A DNA stretch of 64,000 nucleotides from Candidatus Poribacteria bacterium (GCA_963663765.2 CAXXUA010000005.1:640001-704000), one strand, 5' to 3'. Shown: positions 8,540 through 19,409, counted from the stretch's first letter. Numbers and translations: made by a program. The notes: generated from the sequence alone by a model not told the origin.

Positions 8540-11380
8540 GTGCATTCAAAAAGACTTTTGTTCATTACATTTGCTCTCATTTTTGGTTGCTGCTTCAATT
8601 GTTTAGCACAGAAACCAAATGTCCTTAAACATGGGGGTTCAATCCAATCAATAGAATTTTCACCTATAGATGCATCGCTTGTTGCCAGTGCCAGTGATGA
8701 TCACACAATAAAATTATGGAATTTGCAAAATAATACATCAACAACACTCACTGGACATACAGACAAAGTTAATGCTGTAACGTTTTCTCCGAATGGGAAA
8801 TTTCTCGTGAGTGGTAGTAATGACCGGACTATAAGAATCTGGGATGTCCTGAAAAAACAGAATTTAGCTGCGCTAAAACATATATCATCAGGAGATACCA
8901 CATCAACTATCATCTCAGTGGCATTTTCCCCTAATGGAGAGATGCTGGCAAGTTCAGGACATCAAAGTGTAAAACTATGGAAAACTGACAACTGGAGTGA
9001 ATTGTCTACTTTAAAACATGACGATTGGGTGCATGCAGTGGTTTTTTCACCCAATGGAAAACTCCTTGCCTCCGTAGATGGAAAAAAGATAAAGATCTGG
9101 GATGTCAATAAACGTCAAGAAATCGCTCAATTGGAAGCCGATGAAAACTGGGTCGGTGCAATCGCATTTGCACCTAATAGTGATATCTTTGCAAGTGCCG
9201 GGTCAGAAGGAAATATCAAATTATGGTCTGTATCAAATTGGAAAGTTTTTAGAGAAATTAAAGATGTTTCCTCAGTATCTGACCTTGCCTTTTCACCTGA
9301 CGGTAAGAACATCGTCAGTGCAGGACAATCAGTAGTCGTTTGGTCTGTTGAGAACGGTAGAAAGGTTGCATCATTCACAGAACACACTGGCTGGGTGATG
9401 GAAGCGGCATTTGCACCAGATGGAACGACCATCGCAAGCGGAGGACTTGACGATGGAAAACTATATGTCCAGAAGTTAACATCTTCCAAAATCTCACAAG
9501 GTGAACCAAACACCGTACGACTAATCTATTTTGTTCCAAACGACCTTTCACCACAACCTGACATGGGCACAAAATTAGATAAACTGATAAAAAACGTTCA
9601 GAAAATATACGCCTCACAGATGGAATATCACGGATTCGGAAGGAAAACATTCAAGTTTGAAACTGATGCTTCTGGTAAAGCAGTGGTACATCATGTAAAA
9701 GGTAAGTTTGAAGACAAATATTACCAAAAAAAGTCTGGGAAGGTTTGGACTGAAATTGACAAACGATTCGACACACACAATAACATATATCTCGCTGTTT
9801 TAGAAAGCCGTGAAGAACTCCTTGATGGTTACGCATGTGGGTTTGGTGGAACACGGGGTAATTTCGGTGGAACCGTACTTATCCCCGCATCTGGAAGATG
9901 TTTTTATGAAATTGCTGTGACCGTTCACGAACTTGGTCACGCCTTTGGTTTAGCACATGATTACCGCAACAATCTAAAACCTTGGGTAGATTTATTTTCC
10001 AATGAACCGATGACGACATCTCTCTGTGCTGCACAGTGGTTAGATGTACATCGTTACTTTAACCCTTATGAAAAACCTTCCAACCAACGTACGAAAATAC
10101 AGATGACAACACCGACGCGAGTAGAAAACACCGATAAAGTACGTTTCCAATTTACTATTACAGATCCAGATGGACTTCACCAAGTTCAATTTCTATTACC
10201 AGATTCTCACAATTCACCTTTCTCAAAATTGCAGGATTTTAAAGCTTTGAATAGCAAAAAAGAAACTGTTGAGTTTCTGACTAATAAACTAACACCTAAG
10301 ACAAAATCTGTATGGGTACGTTGTATAGATAAGAATGGATATTTTACCGTGAAAAGATTTCGCATCAACACACAACCTCTACTTCCATCCCCAAGAACTG
10401 TTTTAATACCAGATGTCAATTTAGTTGCTGCCATACGAAATGCTCTTGGTCTGTCCTCAGATGACCCAATCACGCAATTGGATATGCTAAACCTATACGG
10501 ACTTAATCCGTTCGGAAACTTTGATGCCAGCAATCAAAAAATAACTGATATTACTGGTATAGAACACGCAACGAATTTAACAAGCCTAAATCTCAGCAAT
10601 AATCAGATTAAAGATATAAGTCCAATTGCAAAAATGAAAAACTTACGTGTATTGAAGCTTCATAGAAATCAAATTACCAAAATAAAACCAATTACAGAAC
10701 TGACTAACTTAATAGAATTATCTTTAAAACAAAATCCAATTGAAGATATATCGCCTATAAGAACGCTTCTTGAAAGGAACCCAAAACTCCAACATGATGT
10801 ATGGCATCATTTATACAAGGTAGATAAAATAACCGGACCATGGCTCTGGATGATTGCACCAACAGAAAAAGGACAAGGTGGTGCAAGTGCCATTGATGTC
10901 GATTCACTTGCTGTAATGACAAATGGTGTTGTGACTGAAAGCATTATTGCAAAAAATAATGTCAAAGAAGGTGATGTCGTTAGTGATCGCTTTTGGAAAC
11001 GAGCAAAAATTAGTGCTACCAATGATGACAATCTAAATAAACTTGTTAAGCAAATCGGTTTCACAGATGGAATAGATTCGGCTTCTATAACAAATGGTAT
11101 TTACGTCCAAGATCATAATGCTTATGCACACATCACGCTTAAGTCTGCTACCGATCAACCAAATGTGAGAATGTTTGTTGGAAGTGATGATGCTATAAAG
11201 GTCTGGCTAAATGGAAAAGTAGTCTATAAGAATGCAATCAACAGAGGGGCTAAAAACTTTCAAAACAGTTTCCTAGTTGATTTAAAAGCGGGAGACAACC
11301 TACTATTGGTTAAAGTCGGTCAGAGCGGTTACAAATGGAGTATGTTTGTCGGCATTAATGCTGATATAACTATGAAGTAA
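8540..11380 (+). CDS. Secreted multidomain protein: WD40 propeller + zincin peptidase + LRR + C-terminal beta domain
   Basis: Signal peptide; GH..V..FSP.G..SGS.D..WD repeats; HELGHAFGLAH; L.L..NQI.DISPI repeats; GSDDAIKVWLNG. Confidence 0.85.
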   Translation: MHSKRLLFITFALIFGCCFNCLAQKPNVLKHGGSIQSIEFSPIDASLVASASDDHTIKLWNLQNNTSTTLTGHTDKVNAVTFSPNGKFLVSGSNDRTIRIWDVLKKQNLAALKHISSGDTTSTIISVAFSPNGEMLASSGHQSVKLWKTDNWSELSTLKHDDWVHAVVFSPNGKLLASVDGKKIKIWDVNKRQEIAQLEADENWVGAIAFAPNSDIFASAGSEGNIKLWSVSNWKVFREIKDVSSVSDLAFSPDGKNIVSAGQSVVVWSVENGRKVASFTEHTGWVMEAAFAPDGTTIASGGLDDGKLYVQKLTSSKISQGEPNTVRLIYFVPNDLSPQPDMGTKLDKLIKNVQKIYASQMEYHGFGRKTFKFETDASGKAVVHHVKGKFEDKYYQKKSGKVWTEIDKRFDTHNNIYLAVLESREELLDGYACGFGGTRGNFGGTVLIPASGRCFYEIAVTVHELGHAFGLAHDYRNNLKPWVDLFSNEPMTTSLCAAQWLDVHRYFNPYEKPSNQRTKIQMTTPTRVENTDKVRFQFTITDPDGLHQVQFLLPDSHNSPFSKLQDFKALNSKKETVEFLTNKLTPKTKSVWVRCIDKNGYFTVKRFRINTQPLLPSPRTVLIPDVNLVAAIRNALGLSSDDPITQLDMLNLYGLNPFGNFDASNQKITDITGIEHATNLTSLNLSNNQIKDISPIAKMKNLRVLKLHRNQITKIKPITELTNLIELSLKQNPIEDISPIRTLLERNPKLQHDVWHHLYKVDKITGPWLWMIAPTEKGQGGASAIDVDSLAVMTNGVVTESIIAKNNVKEGDVVSDRFWKRAKISATNDDNLNKLVKQIGFTDGIDSASITNGIYVQDHNAYAHITLKSATDQPNVRMFVGSDDAIKVWLNGKVVYKNAINRGAKNFQNSFLVDLKAGDNLLLVKVGQSGYKWSMFVGINADITMK

Positions 11381-11546
11381 AAATATAGGATAATATGGTC
11401 TTGTAGGTTGAGTTAAATTTGCAAACCCATAAGTGTCAATGAAGTGCACAATCCTTCACCCATTGTAGGGTGAGGTCTTCAGGGAATGCTAATAAGTAAT
11501 CATACCGTTAAAGCTGAACGTTCACAGTAGCAAAGGGTAAAAACAC

Positions 11547-11822
11547 ATGCAGAGCATAGCAGAACATTACTTACAACAAGGCATCGAAAAAGGCTTTGAA
11601 CAAGGTGAAACACGAACCAAGCGCGAAGATATTCTGAAACTCTTACAACTCCGATTTCACAATGTACCAGAACCACTTGCTGATACAATTCGCAGCTTTG
11701 ATGACCGCAACCGACTTGAAACGCTATTTGAAAAAGCTGCCACTACCCATACGCTTGAGGAACTTCGGACAGAAGTTGACGCACTCGCTGATGATCAAAA
11801 ACAGAACGAAAGTTCAGAATAA
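11547..11822 (+). CDS. Stand-alone Rpn/YhgA-type C-terminal domain protein
   Basis: MQSIAEHYLQQGIEKGFEQGE..LLQLRF..VP resembles the C-terminus of Rpn PD-(D/E)XK proteins. Confidence 0.6.
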   Translation: MQSIAEHYLQQGIEKGFEQGETRTKREDILKLLQLRFHNVPEPLADTIRSFDDRNRLETLFEKAATTHTLEELRTEVDALADDQKQNESSE

Positions 11823-11972
11823 AACAGTGCAAGATATAGTTCTTGGATTTTTCACACAGCAAAGTCTCTATTTAACATACACCAATCTATTCATGCGCTT
11901 AAGGATCACTAATGCGACGTGCTAATCACTGTTGCTAAGCCAAGGTAAACTATTGAAATAGTGGAGATACTA

Positions 11973-14369
11973 ATGTTCAGTAAAGTAGACGAGTTTCAAT
12001 TACTAAATGCGGATGATGCCGAATTAATGCGTATCAGCAAAGAAGGCACACTGTCCCTAAATCTAAACGAGATGCAGACAATTCAATCCCATTTCGCATC
12101 ACTACAACGCAACCCTACCGATGTAGAACTCGAAACAATCGCACAAACTTGGTCAGAACATTGCGTTCATAAGACGTTCAAAAGCCTGATACTTTATTCC
12201 GAAGATGGTAAAGAAACAGAACAGATTGACGGACTTTTTCCAAGCTACATCCAGCGCGCAACTGAGGAGATAGACAAACCATGGTGTGTCTCCGTTTTTT
12301 CTGACAATGCGGGTATCATAGAATTTGATGGAAAATACAATCTCGTCTTCAAGGTAGAAACCCACAATCACCCATCCGCAATAGAACCTTATGGTGGTGC
12401 AGGAACAGGAATAGGTGGCGTTATCCGTGATTCACTCGGCACAGGACTTGGCGCGAAACCTATTCTAAACACTGATGTTTTCTGCTTTGGCTTGCCAGAC
12501 ACCCCTTACAATAACTTACCTAAAGGAACTCTCCACCCAAAACGTGTGTTCAAAGGCGTTGTCGCTGGTGTCCGAGATTATGGTAACCGTATGGGTATCC
12601 CAACAGCAAACGGGGCTATCCTATTTGACACTCGCTACACCGCTAATCCACTTGTTTTCTGTGGAAACGTTGGACTAATTCCAATAGATAGATGCGACAA
12701 ATCCGTTGAACCAGGTGACTTAATCGTTGCTGTCGGAGGACGCACTGGACGCGATGGAATACACGGGGCAACCTTCTCCTCTGCAGAACTTGATGATACT
12801 TCCGAAAAACTTGGCAGCGTTGTTCAAATCGGCAATCCAATAATTGAGAAGAAAATAGTTGACGCATTGTTACAAGCACGCGACCTAAACCTTTACCGAT
12901 CAATTACAGACTGTGGCGCAGGGGGGTTCTCATCTGCTGTCGGAGAAATGGGTGAAAATACGGGTGCAGAAGTCCACCTTGAGCGCGTTCCTCTGAAATA
13001 CGATGGATTGGCTCCATGGGAAATATGGCTATCAGAAGCACAAGAACGGATGGTCATTTCTGTTCCACCAGAAAATCTGAATGAACTCATGGCAATCTGT
13101 GAAGCAGAAATGGTGGAAGCAACCGTCCTTGGCAATTTTACAGATACTCATAGATTGCAAGTATTCTTTCAAGGCTCAGTAGTAGCGGACTTAGACATGA
13201 ATTTTCTGCACAAAGGTCTACCACAACATATCAAAAAAGCCATCTGGCAACCGCCACAACACAAAGAAATGCAATCACGAGATAGCAAAACACAAGACTA
13301 CACTGAAGACTTATGCAAACTCCTCGCAAGTCCAAATATTGCCAGCAAAGAATCTGTCATCCGTCAATATGACCATGAGGTACAGGGCGGAATCGTTATC
13401 AAACCTCTCGTCGGCGTGGAAAACGATGGACCCAGCGACGCATGTGTAACGACACCTATTATCGGTAGTGAAAAAGCTGTTATCGTAGCAAACGGTATCA
13501 ATCCAAAATATAGTGATGTTGACCCGTATATCAGCGCAGCATCAGCGATTGATGAAGCACTCAGAAACATAATAGCAGTTGGCGGCACAATTGAAAAAAC
13601 AGCATTGTTGGACAATTTCTGTTGGGGTAATCCTGACAAACCTGACCGCTTAGGAGCATTGGTTCGCGCAGCAAAAGCATGTTACGACATCGCAACTGCT
13701 TACGGTACCCCATTCATCTCTGGCAAAGATAGTCTTTACAACGAATACCGTGACACAACTACTGGAGAACAACGCGCAATCCCTTCAACCCTACTCATAT
13801 CAGCAATCTGTGTAATGCCTGATGTAAGCAAAGCAATTACAATGGATGTAAAATCACCTGGCAACCTAATCTATGTTATCGGTAATACTTATGCTGAGTT
13901 AGGAGGTTCTCACTACTTCGGTATACACAATCACATCGGTAATACTGCACCACAAGTACGACCCAATGATGGCAAACTCACAATGAACAGTCTAAGTTTT
14001 GCAATTGACAATGGCTTAGTACGATCCTGTCATGACTGTTCCGAAGGTGGAATCGCAGTCGCAGCAGCAGAAATGGCTTTCTCAGGCGGCTACGGTATGT
14101 CATTAAACCTAAACAATGTCCCAATAGGTGAGGAAATTCCTTTTAATGATTTTCTGCTATTTTCAGAATCAAACAGCCGATTCCTTGTAGAAGTTGAACC
14201 TGAAAACAAGAACTCTTTTGAAAAACACATCACTGATGTCTCAATCGGGTGTTTAGGAACTGTAACTGATACTTCAGAATTCATCATCAAAGGTTTAACT
14301 GGTAACACAATAATTGAAACAACCATTGACAAACTTAAAGCGGCATGGCAAACACCATTGCATTCGTAA
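11973..14369 (+). CDS. purL: Phosphoribosylformylglycinamidine synthase subunit PurL
   Basis: WSEHCVHK, KVETHNHPSAIEPYGGAGTG, DCGAGG, SEAQERM, QYDHEV; adjacent purQ. Confidence 0.97.
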   Translation: MFSKVDEFQLLNADDAELMRISKEGTLSLNLNEMQTIQSHFASLQRNPTDVELETIAQTWSEHCVHKTFKSLILYSEDGKETEQIDGLFPSYIQRATEEIDKPWCVSVFSDNAGIIEFDGKYNLVFKVETHNHPSAIEPYGGAGTGIGGVIRDSLGTGLGAKPILNTDVFCFGLPDTPYNNLPKGTLHPKRVFKGVVAGVRDYGNRMGIPTANGAILFDTRYTANPLVFCGNVGLIPIDRCDKSVEPGDLIVAVGGRTGRDGIHGATFSSAELDDTSEKLGSVVQIGNPIIEKKIVDALLQARDLNLYRSITDCGAGGFSSAVGEMGENTGAEVHLERVPLKYDGLAPWEIWLSEAQERMVISVPPENLNELMAICEAEMVEATVLGNFTDTHRLQVFFQGSVVADLDMNFLHKGLPQHIKKAIWQPPQHKEMQSRDSKTQDYTEDLCKLLASPNIASKESVIRQYDHEVQGGIVIKPLVGVENDGPSDACVTTPIIGSEKAVIVANGINPKYSDVDPYISAASAIDEALRNIIAVGGTIEKTALLDNFCWGNPDKPDRLGALVRAAKACYDIATAYGTPFISGKDSLYNEYRDTTTGEQRAIPSTLLISAICVMPDVSKAITMDVKSPGNLIYVIGNTYAELGGSHYFGIHNHIGNTAPQVRPNDGKLTMNSLSFAIDNGLVRSCHDCSEGGIAVAAAEMAFSGGYGMSLNLNNVPIGEEIPFNDFLLFSESNSRFLVEVEPENKNSFEKHITDVSIGCLGTVTDTSEFIIKGLTGNTIIETTIDKLKAAWQTPLHS

Positions 14370-14410
14370 CTTTTTAACAATTGATGTGTTTTATCCAATA
14401 AGGAGAAAAC

Positions 14411-15220
14411 ATGAAACCAAGAGTACTTATCCTTCGAACAGCAGGAACCAACTGTGACATAGAAACAGAGGTTGCATTTCAACTCGCTGGTGCACATACC
14501 AATTTAGTGCACATTCAAAACATTATATCTGGTAAGGCTGACCTATCTGAATATCAAATTCTCGCAATCCCCGGTGGCTTCTCTTATGGAGACGATATTG
14601 CTGCAGGTATACTTCTGGCAGTTGAGATGAAACATAAACTTAAGGATGCACTCAATCAGTTCGTCGCAGACAAAAAACTCATTATAGGGATATGCAACGG
14701 ATTCCAAGTCCTTGTCCGTACAGGATTGTTACCTGGGGTAGAACTCAAAGCACAAAATGTCAAAAAGGAATCAACACAACGCACCACTTTGGCAATGAAC
14801 ACATCAGCGAAGTTTGAATGTAGATGGGTAGAATTGGAAACACAACAGAGTCCATGTGTTTTTACAAAAGACATCAAACAACACCTATATCTTCCAGTCG
14901 CACATGCTGAGGGCAGGTTCACTGCTCCACCGGATGTACTAAGACAGTTAGAGTCAAACAACCAAGTCGCTTTACGATATAAAAATGGATCACAGTTAAC
15001 CTCAGATAAGACTACCTATCCAAATAATCCGAACGGTTCTGATGCTGATATTGCAGGTATTTGTGATGTAACTGGTAGAATATTTGGTCTGATGCCACAT
15101 CCCGAAAGGTTTTTGACCAAATGGAATCATCCCCGATGGACGCGCGAAGAACTATCAGATGAAGGTGACGGACTCGTTATTTTCAAAAACGCTGTCAATT
15201 ATGCAAAAGCAAACCTATAA
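14411..15220 (+). CDS. purQ: FGAM synthase glutaminase subunit PurQ
   Basis: GTNCD, PGGFSYGD, GICNGFQ, AHAEG, NPNGS, MPHPER. Confidence 0.97.
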   Translation: MKPRVLILRTAGTNCDIETEVAFQLAGAHTNLVHIQNIISGKADLSEYQILAIPGGFSYGDDIAAGILLAVEMKHKLKDALNQFVADKKLIIGICNGFQVLVRTGLLPGVELKAQNVKKESTQRTTLAMNTSAKFECRWVELETQQSPCVFTKDIKQHLYLPVAHAEGRFTAPPDVLRQLESNNQVALRYKNGSQLTSDKTTYPNNPNGSDADIAGICDVTGRIFGLMPHPERFLTKWNHPRWTREELSDEGDGLVIFKNAVNYAKANL

Positions 15221-15654
15221 TGAACAACAGATTATCACAGCGACTGCTCCCCTTCTATATGAAAATGCCTGTTTTTTTCGCGTTTATCATAATTACATTT
15301 CTGGGACAGGTGTTATGGATTGTTGTGATTTCAATGAATGAGAACATTGATCTACGTTGGTCAATTTTGGGTTATGCAATTGGGATTATTCTCGGTTTTG
15401 TGCAAGGAAAGTGGACTGCACTACTTTGGGAAAACTCATTCCTACAAGTGTTAAAGCGTGAAATCACATTTTGGGACGCAAAAGGTGCAAAAAGTCTAAC
15501 ATTCTTTACATGTCTGTTGCTCGGGTTGCCAATCTTAGGAATTCTCTTGATAAAATCTACAGCAAAGTTAGCAGGAATACAATCTTACATTTTCGGTTTT
15601 ATCGGGGCAATGAATCTCGCACTGTTTTTGTGGGTTCGACGCATCCCAAAGTAG
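15220..15654 (+). CDS. Hypothetical 4-TM membrane protein
   Basis: TAATG overlap with purQ stop; four hydrophobic segments. Confidence 0.7.
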   Translation: MNNRLSQRLLPFYMKMPVFFAFIIITFLGQVLWIVVISMNENIDLRWSILGYAIGIILGFVQGKWTALLWENSFLQVLKREITFWDAKGAKSLTFFTCLLLGLPILGILLIKSTAKLAGIQSYIFGFIGAMNLALFLWVRRIPK

Positions 15655-15698
15655 ACATATCTATTCTTATGTATTTGTCAATTCTGCTTTTAGTTTTC

Positions 15699-16109
15699 CT
15701 ACTCATTTGTAATTATTATTTTGTTTTTTTCAGATATATCCCACACACCTACAACTGCAACAATAAACCCCACAGCACATAGAAACACACCGTAATTGGT
15801 TTCATTGATATCAAGGTCCCAACTATCAGCAAAAAACAATACAAAAAAACAGATAAGACCTACAATACTGCTTAAATACACAAATAATTTTGATATTCTT
15901 ACTATTGATTCTCTGTATAAGAAAAGACTGGTGAAGATAATAAGCAAGGCAGCAAGAAACATCACTCTAACAGAGAACACATACGCATTAGAATGTAAAC
16001 TATCATTAGCCAGTACAACACCAGAATCATCGTCACCCCAAGGCAATGCAAAACTAGATAAAGCTATTACACCTCCCACAAGTATAATTAACCGCGAATA
16101 CTGTTTCAT
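15699..16109 (-). CDS. Membrane protein, paralog 4 of tandem array (~4 TM)
   Basis: FALPW near N-terminus, YGVFL..VGFI near C-terminus; start overlaps upstream stop. Confidence 0.75.
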   Translation of the reverse strand: MKQYSRLIILVGGVIALSSFALPWGDDDSGVVLANDSLHSNAYVFSVRVMFLAALLIIFTSLFLYRESIVRISKLFVYLSSIVGLICFFVLFFADSWDLDINETNYGVFLCAVGFIVAVVGVWDISEKNKIIITNE

Positions 16110-16906
16110 TCTTCATTTCCGTTGCTTTTTGTTTTATTTTCATGTATATACTGGTAATCAGTGACATTCGTAGTTTCCATACAACAGAAAACACCAATCA
16201 ATGCAAGGATAAAGCCAATAACCGCCACGAACCCACCATATCGTGGGTTCGTTAAGTAATTATCTCCAACCTTAAAATTTAGACTATCGCCAAGGAAAAG
16301 TACTAGGAAACAGCAAATTCCCATGCTGCTACTCATCAAAACTAAGAATGTGGACCAGGACCTCCATTGGGTTTCCTTGATGTATCTAAAAATACCAACA
16401 CCTATCATAGTCAAAGTCGCTATGAAAGATATGATAAAAATATTAAATCCTTTATCAATACTGTTTAATACCAAAACGAACCCAGAAGACAAACCAATAT
16501 TGTAAAGGACGATAGCCAAAATACCAGCAGAATTAAGTGAAAAAATTAACTTACATACAAATGCAATGACTACGATAATTCCTAAAAAAGTCATAAATTG
16601 AATTAAAATAAACGAACCCCATACGCCAATGATTGCTAAGAATAATAAAGTCATCATAACAATAAATAATGAACTTGCAAGAGTTATCATGATTACGGAT
16701 GTAAGATTCAATTTGGATTGACGCTTCAACTTATAAATCCCAATAACAAGAAGTGTCAAAGCTGCAACCAATCCAATTGTTAACAACGTTGCTTCGCCGC
16801 TATTTGCAAGCACAGCACCTGAGTGACTATCGTCCCAAGGCAACGCAAAACTAAATAAAGCTAATACACCTCCCACAAGTATGATTAGCCGCGAATACTG
16901 TTTCAT
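16106..16906 (-). CDS. Membrane protein, paralog 3 of tandem array (~8 TM)
   Basis: MKQYSRLIILVGGV..FALPW shared with paralog 4; YGGF..IGFI. Confidence 0.75.
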   Translation of the reverse strand: MKQYSRLIILVGGVLALFSFALPWDDSHSGAVLANSGEATLLTIGLVAALTLLVIGIYKLKRQSKLNLTSVIMITLASSLFIVMMTLLFLAIIGVWGSFILIQFMTFLGIIVVIAFVCKLIFSLNSAGILAIVLYNIGLSSGFVLVLNSIDKGFNIFIISFIATLTMIGVGIFRYIKETQWRSWSTFLVLMSSSMGICCFLVLFLGDSLNFKVGDNYLTNPRYGGFVAVIGFILALIGVFCCMETTNVTDYQYIHENKTKSNGNEE

Positions 16907-17517
16907 TTATCATCACCGTTTGGATTGGTATAAACATCAGGGTTCTCTGAAATCCTATTAGGTTTAGGATAGAGTAATTGACCGACGATTACAATAATAT
17001 ACCCAATAGCAGTTAGAAACGCGCCATACTTAATTACGCCATCATCTAAGTCTATACCGATTACATATTTCTCAACATAAAATAGGACAAGAAAACAGCA
17101 GAGTCCAACACAGCACCCTATGATAGCAAGATTCCTAAACAGAGACATAGAACGCGATCCTTGATTAAACATAAGAATGATGGTGCCGAGAACAACTATA
17201 GATGCAATAAAAGAAATGGCACATACATTAACTCCGGTATTGACTAAATAGAGAAGTGATATTATAAAAAAGATACCACCTGTAAAAATCATAAGCAGTG
17301 ACAGAGAAATAAGGGCTGGATCCGTTCTTGATATCCGTTTCAACATATAGATGCCTATCATCAACACAACTAATGACAGTACAATCGCAGATGATGCTTG
17401 CCACACCCCAAATTTCACTGCAATAACACCAGATACTTGGTCTACCCAAGGTAAAGTAAAACTAAAAAATGCTAATATACCGCCAGCAAGTGAAAGAAAC
17501 AACGGAAACTTCTTCAT
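16903..17517 (-). CDS. Membrane protein, paralog 2 of tandem array (~6 TM)
   Basis: FTLPW..SG; CCVGLCCFLVLF; YGAFL..IGYI. Confidence 0.75.
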   Translation of the reverse strand: MKKFPLFLSLAGGILAFFSFTLPWVDQVSGVIAVKFGVWQASSAIVLSLVVLMIGIYMLKRISRTDPALISLSLLMIFTGGIFFIISLLYLVNTGVNVCAISFIASIVVLGTIILMFNQGSRSMSLFRNLAIIGCCVGLCCFLVLFYVEKYVIGIDLDDGVIKYGAFLTAIGYIIVIVGQLLYPKPNRISENPDVYTNPNGDDK

Positions 17518-18065
17518 TCTTCCTCATCCTCAGCTACTATTTCGTAATCCGGTTCATTGTCTGTTGGAACGTTATAGTTGGATTTTGGAATACCAAGTGA
17601 ACCGATGAAGGCAACAATAAACCCAACAACTGCACCATAACCACCAATCTGTAAACTGATAACGTCTTTTAGATTCTTATCCGGAAGTGAAGATTCTAAT
17701 ATCTCACCCGCTAATTTCATACCTGCATTAATACCTTGCATAAAACGTAGGAGTGACAACAAGACGAATAAACCCCCTACAACACTACATATCAATACAG
17801 GAATTCTTGATTTCCATGGTGTCTTCTCATAGAGCATGTATATGCAAATACCAATAATTGCAACAAGAGCGAGAAACGATAGGAGGACGGTAGCATTTCC
17901 ACCTATTGCTATATCAAATCCTGATACTGACTTCTCTAACGTCATATTAGGCATTAAATCTCCAAGACCTAAAGCTGACAAATCAATTTTTATCCATGGA
18001 AAAAGGAAGCAGAGAAAGGCTATTCCTGCTCCTAACAACGGAATCTTAAGGGTATTCTGTTTCAA
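17514..18065 (-). CDS. Membrane protein, paralog 1 of tandem array (~4 TM)
   Basis: FLFPW..SG; IGGYG.VVGFI; TTG start. Confidence 0.7.
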   Translation of the reverse strand: MKQNTLKIPLLGAGIAFLCFLFPWIKIDLSALGLGDLMPNMTLEKSVSGFDIAIGGNATVLLSFLALVAIIGICIYMLYEKTPWKSRIPVLICSVVGGLFVLLSLLRFMQGINAGMKLAGEILESSLPDKNLKDVISLQIGGYGAVVGFIVAFIGSLGIPKSNYNVPTDNEPDYEIVAEDEEE

Positions 18066-18134
18066 GGTGTTTTCCTTATATTGTAGTTGTATTAGCGAAT
18101 TCAGATTAATTGTTCAAAACATATTTTTGATAAA

Positions 18135-18932
18135 TTAACGGGCTCCGCACGCCTGCAGACATGCTTGCATGTGTCCTCTTGATTCAGCTGCGATTGTGCA
18201 GCACTGCTCCAAACTGTATTCTCTTGCACCAATAACTTCAAGGTTCAACGGACCAGTATACCCATTTTCATGCAATACACGTATATATCCGACAAGGTCA
18301 ATTTCACCGCGTCCGTTTGCCTGCATTTCAGGAGTTCCAGGACCGCGTTGTGTTCCCTTGCAATCACGGATATGAACATGTTTCACGCGGGACACAACTG
18401 CAGCGATGGCTTCCACAGTATTTTCACCTGCGCGGTGAATATGAGATGGATCCATATCTATTCCAAAAGCAGGTGAAGAAATCTCTTCCATAGCCCGAAG
18501 CGTAGTCGGTGTATTATAGATGCTCGCTCCTACATGTGCCTTCACACAAAGCGTAACACCATAATGTTCTGCACGTTCAGATAGATTACCAAGAGAATCT
18601 ATTACACCAGACCAAGCAGATTCATCGTCTGACGAACCACCAGGTCCACAGTTGACAATCGGTATCCCAATCTCAACCGCTGCTTGAAAAGCAAGTTCCA
18701 TTCTCTCAGCATCCCGTGAGGGTTGTTCCATTGCCAACAACTCAAGACCGTACTCTTTTGAAAAACGTTTGATGTCATCTGCGAGTTCTACCCAGTTTGC
18801 AAGTACAAGATGTTGACTCATCCCATCAATCGCAGAAAGTTCTATACCGTCGTAACCTGCTATTGCAATGTGCTTAAAGGCTGTCTTCATGTCATAACCA
18901 CCAAAAAGCACAGAATTTGCTCCTAATTTCAA
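18135..18932 (-). CDS. Sugar phosphate isomerase/epimerase (xylose isomerase-like TIM barrel)
   Basis: GYDGIEL, DPSH, HVHIRD, G.GEID, GY.GPLNLE. Confidence 0.85.
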   Translation of the reverse strand: MKLGANSVLFGGYDMKTAFKHIAIAGYDGIELSAIDGMSQHLVLANWVELADDIKRFSKEYGLELLAMEQPSRDAERMELAFQAAVEIGIPIVNCGPGGSSDDESAWSGVIDSLGNLSERAEHYGVTLCVKAHVGASIYNTPTTLRAMEEISSPAFGIDMDPSHIHRAGENTVEAIAAVVSRVKHVHIRDCKGTQRGPGTPEMQANGRGEIDLVGYIRVLHENGYTGPLNLEVIGAREYSLEQCCTIAAESRGHMQACLQACGAR

Positions 18933-19045
18933 ATGTATTTCTCCTTCTAAAATGCCGTCAGAACCATATTATTAATTAATGTTATTTTAATATTTTTAGA
19001 ATTTACACACAACGGTAAGCGAGCTTTTATGAAGATTAAGTTATT

Positions 19046-19167
19046 CAGGACTTACGCACACAACGGTAGGCGCGCTTTGTAAGCGCGCTGGAAACCGAAA
19101 AAATGCTGAAAATTACACCATTTTCGTCATAATTCTTCATCAAATCATGAAAACTGCGTAAGTCCTG
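19046..19167 (+). mobile_element. 122-bp MITE with CAGGACTTACGCA TIR
   Basis: Perfect 13-bp TIR; 5-bp TSD TTATT; a 5'-truncated sister copy lies at ~19242-19331. Confidence 0.92.
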
Positions 19168-19409
19168 TTATTAAACGGGTTGTATTAGTTTTCACAAACC
19201 CGGTAGGTGCGGTTTCCTAACCGCACTGTTGGGACTTGATGTGTAAGCGCGCTGGAAGCACAAATAATGTTGAAAATTACATCATTTTCAGCACAATTCT
19301 TGAATAAATCATGAAAACTGCGTAAGTCCTGATAATATTGAAAATTACATCATATTTTTCATAATTCTTGAATAATAACATCAATATTGTATAACTCCTG
19401 AGTATTATT

